Positions 27,901-42,300 of a stretch of DNA of 64,000 nucleotides are shown here, in pieces. The notes under the pieces are model-generated. The model was not told the DNA's origin. It saw nothing but the letters and a program-made list of their open reading frames with translations, and made no database searches. The position numbers and the translations under genes were made by a program. Numbering within the stretch: the stretch's first letter is position 1; each line of letters opens with the position of its first letter. The stretch is from the human T2T-CHM13v2.0 reference genome, Homo sapiens. The stretch lies in the NCBI RefSeq assembly GCF_009914755.1, contig NC_060926.1; one strand, written 5' to 3'.

Positions 27901-30900
27901 CAGAAGCATTCTCAGAAACTTATTTGTGATGTGCGCCCTCAACTAACAGTGTTGAAGCTTTCTTTTGATAGAGCAGTTTTGAAACACTCTTTTTGTAATA
28001 TCTGCAAGAGGATATTTGGATAGCTTTGAGGATTTCGTTGGAAACGGGATTGTCTTCATATAAACTCTAGACAGAAGCATTCTCAGAAGCTTCATTGGGA
28101 TGTTTCAATTGAAGTCACAGTGTTGAACAGTTCCTTTCATAGAACAGGTTTGAAACACTCTTTTTGTAGTATCTGGAAGTGGACATTTGGAGCGCTCTCA
28201 GGACTACGGTGAAAATGGAAATATCTTCCAATAAAAGCTACATAGAAGCAATGTCAGAAACTTTTTCATGATGTATCTACTCAGCTAACAGAGTTGAACC
28301 TTTCCTTTGAGAGAGCAGTTTTGAAACACTCTTTTTGTGGAATCTGCAAGTGGATATTTGTCTAGCTTTGAGGATTTCGTTGGAAACGGGATTACATATA
28401 AAAAGCAGACAGCAGCATTCCCAGAATCTTCTTTGTGATGTTTGCATTCAAGTCACAGAGTTGAACATTCCCTTTCATAGAGCAGGTTTGAAACACTCTT
28501 TTTGTAGTATCTGGATGTGGACATTTGGAGCGCTTTCAGGCCTATGGTGAAAAAGGAAATATCTTCCCCTGAAAACTAGACGGAAGCATTCTCAGAATCT
28601 TATTTGTGATGTGCGCCCTCAACTAACAGTGTTGAAGCTTTCTTTTGATAGAGCAGTTTTGAAACACTCTTTTTGTAAAATCTGCAAGAGGATATTTGGA
28701 TAGCTTTGAGGATTTCGTTGGAAACGGGATTGTCTTCATATAAACTCTAGACAGAAGCATTCTCAGAAGCTTCATTGGGATGTTTCAATTGAAGTCACAG
28801 TGTTGAACAGTCCCTTTCATAGAGCAGGTTTGAAACACTCTTTTTGTAGTATCTGGAAGTGGACATTTGGAACGCTCTCAGGACTGCGGTGAAAAAGGAA
28901 ATATCTTCCAATAAAAGCTAGATAGAAGCAATGTCAGAAACTTTTTCATGATGTATCTACTCAGCTAACAGAGTTGAACCTTTCTTTTGAGAGAGCAGTT
29001 TTGAAACACTCTTTTTGTGGAATCTGCAAGTGGATATTTGTCTAGATTTGAGGATTTCGTTGGAAACGGGATTACATATAAAAAGCAGACAGCAGCATTC
29101 CCAGAATCTTCTTTGTGATGTTTGCATTCAAGTCACAGAGTTGAACATTCCCTTTCATAGAGCAGGTTTGAAACACTTTTTTTGTAGTATCTGGATGTGG
29201 ACATTTGGAGCGCTTTCAGGCCTATGGTGAAAAAGGAAATATCTTCCAATAAAAGCTACATAAAAGCAATGTGAGAAACTTTTTCATGATGTATCTACTC
29301 AGCTAACAGGCTTGAACCTTTCTTTTGAGAGAGCAGTTTTGAAACACTCTTTTTGTGGAATCTGGAAGTGGATATTTGTCTAGTTTTGAGGATTTCGTTG
29401 GAAACGGGATTACATATAAAAAGCAGACAGCAGCATTCCCAGTAACTTCTTTGTGATGTTTGCATTCAAGTCACAGAGTTGAACATTCCCTTTCATAGAG
29501 CAGGTTTGAAACACTCTTTTTGTAGTATCTGGATGTGGACATTTGGAGCGCTTTCAGGCCTATGGTGAAAAAGGAAATATCTTCCCCTGAAAACTAGACA
29601 GAAGCATTCTCAGAATCTTATTTGTGATGTGCACCCTCAACTAACAGTGTTGAAGCTTTCTTTTGATAGAGCAGTTTTGAAACACTCTTTTTGTAAAATC
29701 TGCAAGAGGATATTTGGATAGCTTTGAGGATTTCGTTGGAAACGGGATTGTCTTCATATAAACTCTAGACAGAAGCATTCTCAGAAGCTTCATTGGGATG
29801 TTTCAATTGAAGTCACAGTGTTGAACAGTCCCTTTCATAGAGCAGGTTTGAAACACTCTTTTTGTAGTATCTGGAAGTGGACATTTGGAGCGCTCTCAGG
29901 ACTGCGGTGAAAAAGGAAATATCTTCCAATAAAAGCTAGATAGAAGCAATGTCAGAAACTTTTTCATGATGTATCTACTCAGCTAACAGAGTTGAACCTT
30001 CATTTGAGAGAGCAGTTTTGAAACACTCGTTTTGTGGAATCTGCAAGTGGATATTTGTCTAGCTTTGAGGATTTCGTTGGAAACGGGATTACATATAAAA
30101 AGCAGACAGCAGCATTCCCAGAAACTTCTTTGTGATGTTTGCATTCAAGTCACAGAGTTGAACATTCCCTTTCATAGAGCAGGTTTGAAACACTCTTTTT
30201 GTAGTATCTGGATGTGTACATTTGCAGCGCTTTCAGGCCTAAGGTGAAAAAGGAAATATCTTCCCCTGAAAACTAGACAGAAGCATTCTCAGAAACTTAT
30301 TTGTGATGTGCGCCCTCAACTAACAGTGTTGAAGCTTTCTTTTGATAGAGCAGTTTTGAAACACTCTTTTTGTAATATCTGCAAGAGGATATTTGGATAG
30401 CTTTGAGGATTTCGTTGGAAACGGGTTTGTCTTCATATAAACTCTAGACAGAAGCATTCTCAGAAGCTTCATTGGGATGTTTCAATTGAAGTCACAGTGT
30501 TGAACAGTTCCTTTCATAGAACAGGTTTGAAACACTCTTTTTGTAGTATCTGGAAGTGGACATTTGGAGCGCTCTCAGGACTATGGTGAAAAAGGAAATA
30601 TCTTCCAATAAAAGCTACATAGAAGCAATGTCAGAAACTTTTTCATGATGTATCTACTCAGCTAACAGAGTTGAACCTTTCCTTTGAGAGAGCAGTTTTG
30701 AAACACTCTTTTTGTGGAATCTGCAAGTGGATATTTGTCTAGCTTTGAGGATTTCGTTGGAAACGGGATTACATATAAAAAGCAGACAGCAGCATTCCCA
30801 GTAACTTCTTTGTGATGTTTGCATTCAAGTCACAGAGATGAATATTCCCTTTCATAGAGCAGGTTTGAAACACTCTTTTTGTAGTATCTGGATGTGGACA

Positions 30901-33829
30901 TTTGGAGCGCTTTCAGGCCTATGGTGAAAAAGGAAATATCTTCCCCTGAAAACTAGACAGAAGCATTCTCAGAAACTTATTTGTGATGTGCGCCCTCAAC
31001 TAACAGTGTTGAACCTTTCTTTTGATAGAGCAGTTTTGAAACACTCTTTTTGTAAAATCTGCAAGAGGATATTTGGATAGCTTTGAGGATTTCGTTGGAA
31101 ACGGGATTGTCTTCATATAAACTCTAGACAGAAGCATTCTCAGAAGCTTCATTGGGATGTTTCAATTGAAGTCACAGTGTTGAACAGTCCCTTTCATAGA
31201 GCAGGTTTGAAACACTCTTTTTGTAGTATCTGGATGTGGACATTTGGAGCGCTTTCAGGCCTATGGTTTAAAAGGAAATATCTTCCCCTGAAAACTAGAC
31301 AGAAGCATTCTCAGAAACTTATTTGTGATGTGCGCCCTCAACTAACAGTGTTGAAGCATTCTTTTGATAGAGCAGTTTTGAAACACTCTTTTTGTGGAAT
31401 CTGCAAGTGGATATTTGTCTAGCTTTGAGGATTTCGTTGGAAACGGGATTAATTATAAAAAGCAGACAGCAGCATTCCCAGAATCTTGTTTGTGATGTTT
31501 GCATTCAAGTCACAGAGTTGAACATTCCCTTTCAGAGAGCAGGTTTGAAACACTCTTTTTATAGTATCTGGATGTGGACATTTGGAGCGCTTTCAGGCCT
31601 ATGATGAAAAAGGAAATATCTTCTCCTGAAAACTAGACAGAAGCATTCTCAGAATCTTATTTGTGATGTGCGCCCTCAACTAACAGTGTTGAAGCTTTCT
31701 TTTGATAGAGCAGTTTTGAAACACTCTTTTCGTAAAATCTGCAAGAGGATATTTGGATAGCTTTGAGGATTTCGTTGGAAACGGGATTGTCTTCATATAA
31801 ACTCTAGACAGAAGCATTCTCAGAAGCTTCATTGGGATGTTTCAATTGAAGTCACAGTGTTGAACAGTCCCTTTCATAGAGCAGGTTTGAAACACTCTTT
31901 TTGTAGTATCTGGAAGTGGACATTTGGAGAGATCTCAGGAATACGGTGATAAAGGTAATATCTTCCAATAAAAGCTAGATAGAAGCAAAGTCAGAAACTT
32001 TTTCATGATGTATCTACTCAGCTAACAGAGTTGAACCTTTCTTTTGAGAGAGCAGTTTTGAAACACTCTTTTTGTGGAATCTGCAAGTGGATATTTGTCT
32101 AGCTTTGAGGATTTCGTTGGAAACGGGATTACATATAAAAAGCAGACAGCAGCATTCCCAGTAACTTCTTTGTGATGTTTGCATTCAAGTCACAGAGTTG
32201 AACATTCCCTTTCATAGAGCAGGTTTGAAACACTTTTTTTGTAGTATCTGGATGTGGACATTTGGAGCGCTTTCAGGCCTATGGTGAAAAAGGAAATATC
32301 TTCCAATAAAAGCTAGATAGAAGCAATGTCAGAAACTTTTTCATGATGTATCTACTCAGCTAACAGAGTTGAACCTTTCTTTTGAGAGAGCAGTTTTGAA
32401 ACACTCTTTTTGTAAAATCTGCAAGAGGATATTTGGATAGCTTTGAGGATTTCGTTGGAAACGGGATTGTCTTCATATAAACTCTAGACAGAAGCATTCT
32501 CAGAAGCGTCATTGGGATGTTTCAATTGAAGTCACAGTGTTGAACAGTCCCTTTCATAGAGCAGGTTTGAAACACTCTTTTTGTAGTATCTGGATGTGGA
32601 CATTTGGAGCGCTTTCAGGCCTATGGTTTAAAAGGAAATATCTTCCCCTGAAAACTAGACAGAAGCATTCTCAGAAACTTATTTGTGATGTGCGCCTTCA
32701 ACTAACAGTGTTGAAGCATTCTTTTGATAGAGCAGTTTTGAAACACTCTTTTTGTGGAATCTGCAAGTGGATATTTGTCTAGCTTTGAGGATTTCGTTGG
32801 AAACGGGATTACATATAAAAAGCAGACAGCAGCATTCCCAGAAACTTCTTTGTGATGTTTGCATTCAAGTCACAGAGTTGAACATTCCCTTTCAGAGAGC
32901 AGGTTTGAAACACTCTTTTTGTAGTATCTGGATGTGGACATTTGGAGCGCTTTCAGCCCTATGGTGAAAAAGGAAATATCTTCCCCTGAAAACTAGACAG
33001 AAGCATTCTCAGAATCTTATTTGTGATGTGCGCCCTCAACTAACAGTGTTGAAGCTTTCTTTTGATAGAGCAGTTTTGAAACACTCTTTTTGTAAAATCT
33101 GCAAGAGGATATTTGGATAGCTTTGAGGATTTCGTTGGAAACGGGATTGTCTTCATATAAACTCTAGACAGAAGCATTCTCAGAAGCTTCATTGGGATGT
33201 TTCAATTGAAGTCACAGTGTTGAACAGTCCCTTTCATAGAGCAGGTTTGAAACACTCTTTTTGTAGTATCTGGAAGTGGACATTTGGAGCGCTCTCAGGA
33301 CTGCGGTGAAAAAGGAACTATCTTCCAATAAAAGCTAGATAGAAGCAATGTCAGAAACTTTTTCATGATGTATCTACTCAGCTAACAGAGTTGAACCTTT
33401 CCTTTGAGAGAGCAGTTTTGAAACACTCTTTTTGTGGAATCTGCAAGTGGATATTTGTCTAGCTTTGAGGATTTCGTTGGAAACGGGATTACATATAAAA
33501 AGCAGACAGCAGCATTCCCAGTAACTTCTTTGTGATGTTTGCATTCAAGTCACAGAGTTGAACATTCCCTTTCATAGAGCAGGTTTGAAACACTCTTTTT
33601 GTAGTATCTGGATGTGGACATTTGGAGCGCTTTCAGGCCTATGGTGAAAAAGGAAATATCTTCCCCTGAAAACTAGACAGAAGCATTCTCAGAAACTTAT
33701 TTGTGATGTGCGCCCTCAACTAACAGTGTTGAACCTTTCTTTTGATAGAGCAGTTTTGAAACACTCTTTTTGTAATATCTGCAAGAGGATATTTGGATAG
33801 CTTTGAGGATTTCGTTGGAAACGGGATTA

Positions 33830-35300
33830 CATATAAAAAGCAGACAGCAGCATTCCCAGAATCTTGTTTGTGATGTTTGCATTCAAGTCACAGAGTTGAA
33901 CATTCCCTTTCAGAGAGCAGGTTTGAAACACTCTTTTTATAGTGTCTGGATGTGGACATTTGGAGCGCTTTCAGGCCTATGGTGAAAAAGGAAATATCTT
34001 CTCCTGTAAACTAGACAGAAGCATTCTCAGAAACTTATTTGTGATGTGCGCCCTCAACTAACAGTGTTGAAGCTTTCTTTTGATAGAGCAGTTTTGAAAC
34101 ACTCTTTTTGTAAAATCTGCAAGAGGATATTTGGATAGCTTTGAGGATTTCGTTGGAAACGGGATTGTCTTCATATAAACTCTAGACAGAAGCATTCTCA
34201 GAAGCTTCATTGGGATGTTTCAATTGAAGTCACAGTGTTGAACAGTCCCTTTCATAGAGCAGGTTTGAAACACTCTTTTTGTAGTATCTGGAAGTGGACA
34301 TTTGGAACGCTCTCAGGACTGCGGTGAAAAAGGAAATATCTTCCAATAAAAGCTACATAGAAGCAATGTCAGAAACTTTTTCATGATGTATCTACTCAGC
34401 TAACAGAGTTGAACCTTTCTTTTGAGAGAGCAGTTTTGAAACACTCTTTTTGTGGAATCTGCAAGTGGATATTAGTCTAGCTTTGAGGATTTCGTTGGAA
34501 ACGGGATTACATATAAAAAGCAGACAGCAGCATTCCCAGTAACTTCTTTGTGATGTTTGCATTCAAGTCACAGAGTTGAACATTCCCTTTCATAGAGCAG
34601 GTTTGAAACACTTTTCTTGTAGTATCTGGATGTGGATATTTGGAGCGCTTTCAGGCCTATGGTGAAAAAGGAAATATCTTCCAATAAAAGCTACATAGAA
34701 GCAATGTCAGAAACTTTTTCATGATGTATCTACTCAGCTAACAGAGTTGAACCTTTCTTTTGAGAGAGCAGTTTTGAAACACTCTTTTTGTGTAATCTGA
34801 AAGTGGATATTTGTCTAGCTTTGAGGATTTCGTTGGAAACGGGATTACATATAAAAAGCAGACAGCAGCATTCCCAGTAACTTCTTTGTGATGTTTGCAT
34901 TCAAGTCACAGAGTTGAACATTCCCTTTCATAGAGCAGGTTTGAAACACTCTTTTTGTAGTATCTGGATGTGGACATTTGGAGCGCTTTCAGGCCTATTG
35001 TGAAAAAGGAAATATCTTCCCCTGAAAACTAGACAGAAGAATTCTCAGAATCTTATTTGTGATGTGCGCCCTCAACTAACAGTGTTGAAGCTTTCTTTTG
35101 AGAGAGCAGTTTTGAAACACTCTTTTTGTAAAATCTGCAAGAGGATATTTGGATAGCTTTGAGGATTTCGTTGGAAACGGGATTGTCTTCATAGAAACTC
35201 TACACAGAAGCATTCTCAGAAGCGTCATTGGGATGTTTCAATTGAAGTCACAGTGTTGAACAGTCCCTTTCATAGAGCAGGTTTGAAACACTCTTTTTGT
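33830..35300 (+). repeat. Dispersed ~1.5-kb block, copied at ~47750-49220 (offset 13,924)
   Basis: Shared private variants TATAGTGTCTGG, CTCCTGTAAA, GATATTAGTC (34474/48398), GATGTGGATATT and TGTAATCTGAAAG; EcoRI at 35039/48963. Confidence 0.82.
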
Positions 35301-38300
35301 AGTATCTGGAAGTGGACATTTGGAACGCTCTCAGGACTGCGGTGAAAAAGGAAATATCTTCCAATAAAAGCTAGATAGAAGCAATGTCAGAAACTTTTTC
35401 ATGATGTATCTACTCAGCTAACAGAGTTGAACCTTTCTTTTGAGAGAGCAGTTTTGAAACACTCGTTTTGTGGAATCTGCAAGTGGATATTTGTCTACCT
35501 TTGAGGATTTCGTTGGAAACGGGATTACATATAAAAAGCAGACAGCAGCATTCCCAGAAACTTCTTTGTGATGTTTGCATTCAAGTCACAGAGTTGAACA
35601 TTCCCTTTCATAGAGCAGGTTTGAAACACTCTTTTTGTAGTATCTGGATGTGGACATTTGCAGCGCTTTCAGGCCTAAGGTGAAAAAGGAAATATCTTCC
35701 CCTGAAAACTAGACAGAAGCATTCTCAGAAACTTATTTGTGATGTGCGCCCTCAACTAACAGTGTTGAAGCTTTCTTTTGATAGAGCAGTTTTGAAACAC
35801 TCTTTTTGTAATATCTGCAAGAGGATATTTGGATAGCTTTGAGGATTTCGTTGGAAACGGGATTGTCTTCATATAAACTCTAGACAGAAGCATTCTCAGA
35901 AGCTTCATTGGGATGTTTCAATTGAAGTCACAGTGTTGAACAGTCCCTTTCATAGAGCAGGTTTGAAACACTCTTTTTGTAGTATCTGGAAGTGGACATT
36001 TGGAACGCTCTCAGGACTGCGGTGAAAAAGGAAATATCTTCCAATAAAAGCTAGATAGAAGCAATGTCAGAAACTTTTTCATGATGTATCTACTCAGCTA
36101 ACAGAGTTGAACCTTTCTTTTGAGAGAGCAGTTTTGAAACACTCTTTTTGTGGAATCTGCAAGTGGATATTTGTCTAGCTTTGAGGATTTCGTTGGAAAC
36201 GGGATTACATATAAAAAGCAGACAGCAGCATTCCCAGTAACTTCTTTGTGATGTTTGCATTCAAGTCACAGAGTTGAACATTCCCTTTCATAGAGCAGGT
36301 TTGAAACACTTTTTTTGTAGTATCTGGATGTGGACATTTGGAGCGCTTTCAGGCCTATGGTGAAAAAGGAAATATCTTCCAATAAAAGCTACATAAAAGC
36401 AATGTCAGAAACTTTTTCATGATGTATCTACTCAGCTAACAGAGTTGAACCTTTCCTTTGAGAGAGCAGTTTTGAAACACTCTTTTTGTGGAATCTGCAG
36501 GTGGATATTGGTCTAGCTTTGAGGATTTCGTTGGAAACGGGATTACATATAAAAAGCAGACAGCAGCATTCCCAGTAACTTCTTTGTGATGTTTGCATTC
36601 AAGTCACAGAGTTGAACATTGCCTTTCATAGAGCAGGTTTCAAACACTCTTTTTGTAGTATCTGGATGTGGACATTTGGAGCGCTTTCAGGCCTATGGTG
36701 AAAAAGGAAATATCTTCCCCTGAAAACTAGACAGAAGCATTCTCAGAATCTTATTTGTGATGTGCGCCCTCAACTAACAGTGTTGAAGCTTTCTTTTGAT
36801 AGAGCAGTTTTGAAACACTCTTTTTGTAAAATCTGCAAGAGGATATTTGGATAGCTTTGAGGATTTCGTTGGAAACGGGATTGTCTTCATATAAACTCTA
36901 GACAGAAGCATTCTCAGAAGCTTCATTGGGATGTTTCAATTGAAGTCACAGTGTTGAACAGTCCCTTTCATAGAGCAGGTTTCAAACACTCTTTTTGTAG
37001 TATCTGGATGTGGACATTTGGAGCGCTTTCAGGCCTATGGTTTAAAAGGAAATATCTTACCCTGAAAACCAGACAGAAGCATTCTCAGAAACTTATTTGT
37101 GATGTGCGCCCTCAACTAACAGTGTTGAAGCATTCTTTTGATAGAGCAGTTTTGAAACACTCTTTTTGTGGAATCTGCAAGTGGATATTTGTCTAGCTTT
37201 GAGGATTTCGTTGGAAACGGGATTACATATGAAAAGCAGACAGCAGCATTCCCAGAAACTTCTTTGTGATGTTTGCATTCAACTCACAGAGTTGAACATT
37301 CCCTTTCATAGAGCAGGTTTGAAACACTCTTTTTGTAGTATCTGGATGTGGACATTTGGAGCGCTTTCAGGCCTATGGTGAAAAAGGAAATATCTTCCCC
37401 TGAAAACTAGACAGAAGCATTCTCAGAAACTTATTTGTGATGTGCGCCCTCAACTAACAGTGTTGAAGCTTTCTTTTGATAGAGCAGTTTTGAAACACTC
37501 TTTTTGTAATATCTGCAAGAGGATATTTGGATAGCTTTGAGGATTTCGTTGGAAACGGGATTAATTATAAAAAGCAGACAGCAGCATTCCCAGAATCATG
37601 TTTGTGATGTTTGCATTCAAGTGACAGAGTTGAACATTCCCTTTCAGAGAGCAGGTTTGAAACACTCTTTTTATAGTATCTGGATGTGGACATTTGGAGC
37701 GCTTTCAGGCCTATGGTGAAAAAGGAAATATCTTCTCCTGAAAACTAGACAGAAGCATTCTCAGAATCTTATTTGTGATGTGCGCCCTCAACTAACAGTG
37801 TTGAAGCTTTCTTTTGATAGAGCAGTTTTGAAACACTCTTTTCGTAAAATCTGCAAGAGGATATTTTGATAGCTTTGAGGATTTCGTTGGAAACGGGATT
37901 GTCTTCATATAAACTCTAGACAGAAGCATTCTCAGAAGCTTCATTGGGATGTTTCAATTGAAGTCACAGTGTTGAACAGTCCCTTTCATAGAGCAGGTTT
38001 GAAACACTCTTTTTGTAGTATCTGGAAGTGGACATTTGGAGAGATCTCAGGAATACGGTGATAAAGGAAATATCTTCCAATAAAAGCTAGATAGAAGCAA
38101 TGTCAGAAACTTTTTCATGATGTATCTACTCACCTAACAGAGTTGAACCTTTCTTTTGAGAGAGCAGTTTTGAAACACTCTTTTTGTGGAATCTGCAAGA
38201 GGATATTTGTCTAGCTTTGAGGATTTCGTTGGAAACGGGATTACATATAAAAAGCAGACAGCAGCATTCCCAGTAACTTCTTTGTGAGGTTTGCATTCAA

Positions 38301-39399
38301 GTGACAGAGTTGAACATTCCCTTTCATAGAGCAGGTTTGAAACACTCTTTTTGTAGTATCTGGATGTGGACATTTGGAGCGCTTTCAGGCCTATGGTGAA
38401 AAAGGAAATATCTTCCAATAAAAGCTACATAGAAGCAATGTCAGAAACTTTTTCATGATGTATCTACTCAGCTAACAGAGTTGAACCTTTCTTTTGAGAG
38501 AGCAGTTTTGAAACACTCTTTTTGTGGAATCTGGAAGTGGATATTTGTCTAGCTTTGAGGATTTCGTTGGAAACGGGATTACATATAAAAAGCAGACAGC
38601 AGCATTCCCAGTAACTTCTTTGTGACGTTTGCATTCAAGTCACAGAGTTGAACATTCCCTTTCATAGAGCAGGTTTGAAACACTCTTTTTGTAGTATCTG
38701 GATGTGGACATTTGGAGCGCTTTCAGGCCTATGGTGAAAAAGGAAATATCTTCCCCTGAAAACTAGACAGAAGAATTCTCAGAATCTTATTTGTGATGTG
38801 CGCCATCAACTAACAGTGTTGAACCTTTCTTTTGATAGAGCAGTTTTGAAACACTCTTTTTGTAAAATCTGCAAGAGGATATTTGGATAGCTTTGAGGAT
38901 TTCGTTGGAAACGGGATTGTCTTCATATAAACTCTAGACAGAAGCATTCTCAGAAGCGTCATTGGGATGTTTCAATTGAAGTCACAGTGTTGAACATTCC
39001 CTTTCATAGAGCAGGTTTGAAACACTCTTTTTGTAGTATCTGGATGTGGACATTTGGAGCGCTTTCAGGCCTATGGTTTAAAAGGAAATATCTTCCCCTG
39101 AAAACTAGACAGAAGCATTCTCAGAAACTTATTTGTGATGTGCGCCCTCAACTAACAGTGTTGAAGCATTCTTTTGATAGAGCAGTTTTGAAACACTCTT
39201 TTTGTGGAATCTGCAAGTGGATATTTGTCTAGCTTTGAGGATTTCGTTGGAAACGGGATTACATATAAAAAGCAGACAGCAGCATTCCCAGTAACTTCTT
39301 TGTGATGTTTGCATTCAAGTCACAGAGTTGAACATTCCCTTTCATAGAGCATGTTTGAAACACTCTTTTTGAAGTATCTGGTTGTGGACATTTGGAGCG

Positions 39400-42300
39400 C
39401 TTTCAGGCCTATGGTGAAAAAGGAAATATCTTCCCCTGAAAACTAGACAGAAGCATTCTCAGAAACTTATTTGTGATGTGCGCCCTCAACTAACAGTGTT
39501 GAACCTTTCTTTTGATAGAGCAGTTTTGAAACACTCTTTTTGTAATATCTGCAAGAGGATATTTGGATAGCTTTGAGGATTTCGTTGGAAACGGGATTGT
39601 CTTCATATAAACTCTAGACAGAAGCATTCTCAGAAGCTTCATTGGGATGTTTCAATTGAAGTCACAGTGTTGAACAGTCCCTTTCATAGAGCAGGTTTGA
39701 AACACTCTTTTTGTAGTATCTGGAAGTGGACATTTGGAGCGCTCTCAGGACTACGATGATAAAGGAAATATCTTCCAATAAAAGCTAGATAGAAGCAATG
39801 TCAGAAACTTTTTCATGATGTATCTACTCAGCTAACAGAGTTGAACCTTTCTTTTGAGAGAGCAGTTTTGAAACACTCTTTTTGTGGAATCTGCAAGTGG
39901 ATATTTGTCTAGCTTTGAGGATTTCGTTGGAAACGGGATTACATATAAAAAGCAGACAGCAGCATTCCCAGAATCTTCTTTGTGATGTTTGCATTCAAGT
40001 CACAGAGTTGAACATTCCCTTTCATAGAGCAGGTTTGAAACACTCTTTTTGTAGTATCTGGATGTGGACATTTGGAGCGCTTTCAGGCCTATGGTGAAAA
40101 AGGAAATATCTTCCCCTGAAAACTAGACAGAAGCATTCTCAGAATCTTATTTGTGATGTGCGCCCTCAACTAACAGTGTTGAAGCTTTCTTTTGATAGAG
40201 CAGTTTTGAAACACTCTTTTTGCAAAATCTGCAAGAGGATATTTGGATAGCTTTGAGGATTTCGTTGGAAACGGGATTGTCTTCATATAAACTCTAGACA
40301 GAAGCATTCTCAGAAGCTTCATTGGGATGTTTCAATTGAAGTCACAGTGTTGAACAGTCCCTTTCATAGAGCAGGTTTGAAACACTCTTTTTGTAGTATC
40401 TGGAAGTGGACATTTGGAGCGCTCTCAGGACTGCGGTGAAAAAGGAAATATCTTCCAATAAAAGCTAGATAGAAGCAATGTCAGAAACTTTTTCATGATG
40501 TATCTACTCAGCTAACAGAGTTGAACCTTCATTTGAGAGAGCAGTTTTGAAACACTCGTTTTGTGGAATCTGCAAGTGGATATTTGTCTAGCTTTGAGGA
40601 TTTCGTTGGAAACGGGATTACATATAAAAAGCAGACAGCAGCATTCCCAGAAACTTCTTTGTGATGTTTGCATTCAAGTCACAGAGTTGAACATTCCCTT
40701 TCATAGAGCAGGTTTGAAACACTCTTTTTGTAGTATCTGGATGTGTACATTTGCAGCGCTTTCAGGCCTAAGGTGAAAAAGGAAATATCTTCCCCTGAAA
40801 ACTAGACAGAAGCATTCTCAGAAACTTATTTGTGATGTGCGCCCTCAACTAACACTGTTGAAGCTTTCTTTTGATAGAGCAGTTATGAAACACTCTTTTT
40901 GTAATATCTGCAAGAGGATATTTGGATAGCTTTGAGGATTTCGTTGGAAACGGGTTTGTCTTCATATAAACTCTAGAGAGAAGCATTCTCAGAAGCTTCA
41001 TTGGGATGTTTCAATTGAAGTCACAGTGTTGAACAGTTCCTTTCATAGAACAGGTTTGAAACACTCTTTTTATAGTATCTGGAAGTGGACATTTGGAGCG
41101 CTCTCAGGACTATGGTGAAAAAGGAAATATCTTCCAATAAAAGCTACATAGAAGCAATGTCAGAAACTTTTTCATGATGTATCTACTCAGCTAACAGAGT
41201 TGAACCTTTCCTTTGAGAGAGCAGTTTTGAAACACTCTTTTTGTGGAATCTGCAAGTGGATATTTGTCTAGCTTTGAGGATTTCGTTGGAAACGGGATTA
41301 CATATAAAAAGCAGACAGCAGCATTCCCAGTAACTTCTTTGTGATGTTTGCATTCAAGTCACAGAGTTGAATATTCCCTTTCATAGAGCAGGTTTGAAAC
41401 ACTCTTTTTGTAGTATCTGGATGTGGACATTTGGAGCGCTTTCAGGCCTATGGTGAAAAAGGAAATATCTTCCCCTGAAAACTAGACAGAAGCATTCTCA
41501 GAAACTTATTTGTGATGTGCGCCCTCAACTAACAGTGTTGAACCTTTCTTTTGATAGAGCAGTTTTGAAACACTCTTTTTGTAATATCTGCAAGAGGATA
41601 TTTGGATAGCTTTGAGGATTTCGTTGGAAACGGGATTACATATAAAAAGCAGACAGCAGCATTCCCAGTAACTTCTTTGTGACGTTTGCATTCAAGTCAC
41701 AGAGTTGAACATTCCCTTTCGTAGAGCAGGTTGGAAACACTCTTTTTGTAGTATCTGGATGTGGACATTTGGAGCGCTTTCTGGCCTTTGGTGAAAAAGG
41801 AAATATCTTCCCCTGAAAACTAGACAGAAGCATTCTCAGAAACTTATTTGTGATGTGCGCCCTCAACTAACAGTGTTGAACCTTTCTTTTGATAGAGCAG
41901 TTTTGAAACACTCTTTTTGTAATATCTGCAAGAGGATATTTGGATAGCTTTGAGGATTTCGTTGGAAACGGGATTGTCTTCATATAAACTCTAGACAGAA
42001 GCATTCTCAGAAGCTTCATTGGGATGTTTCAATTGAAGTCACAGTGTTGAACAGTCGCTTTCATAGAGCAGGTTTGAAACACTCTTTTTGTAGTATCTGG
42101 AAGTGGACATTTGGAGCGCTCTCAGGACTACGATGATAAAGGAAATATCTTCCAATAAAAGCTAGATAGAAGCAATGTCAGAAACTTTTTCATGATGTAT
42201 CTACTCAGCTAACAGAGTTGAACCTTTCTTTTGAGAGAGCAGTTTTGAAACACTCTTTTTGTGGAATCTGCAAGTGGATATTTGTCTAGCTTTGAGGATT

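Noticed and set aside
38134-38418. Longest ORF (94 aa, minus strand)
   Set aside because: A chance read-through of satellite monomers caused by local substitutions; it resembles no protein family I recognise.
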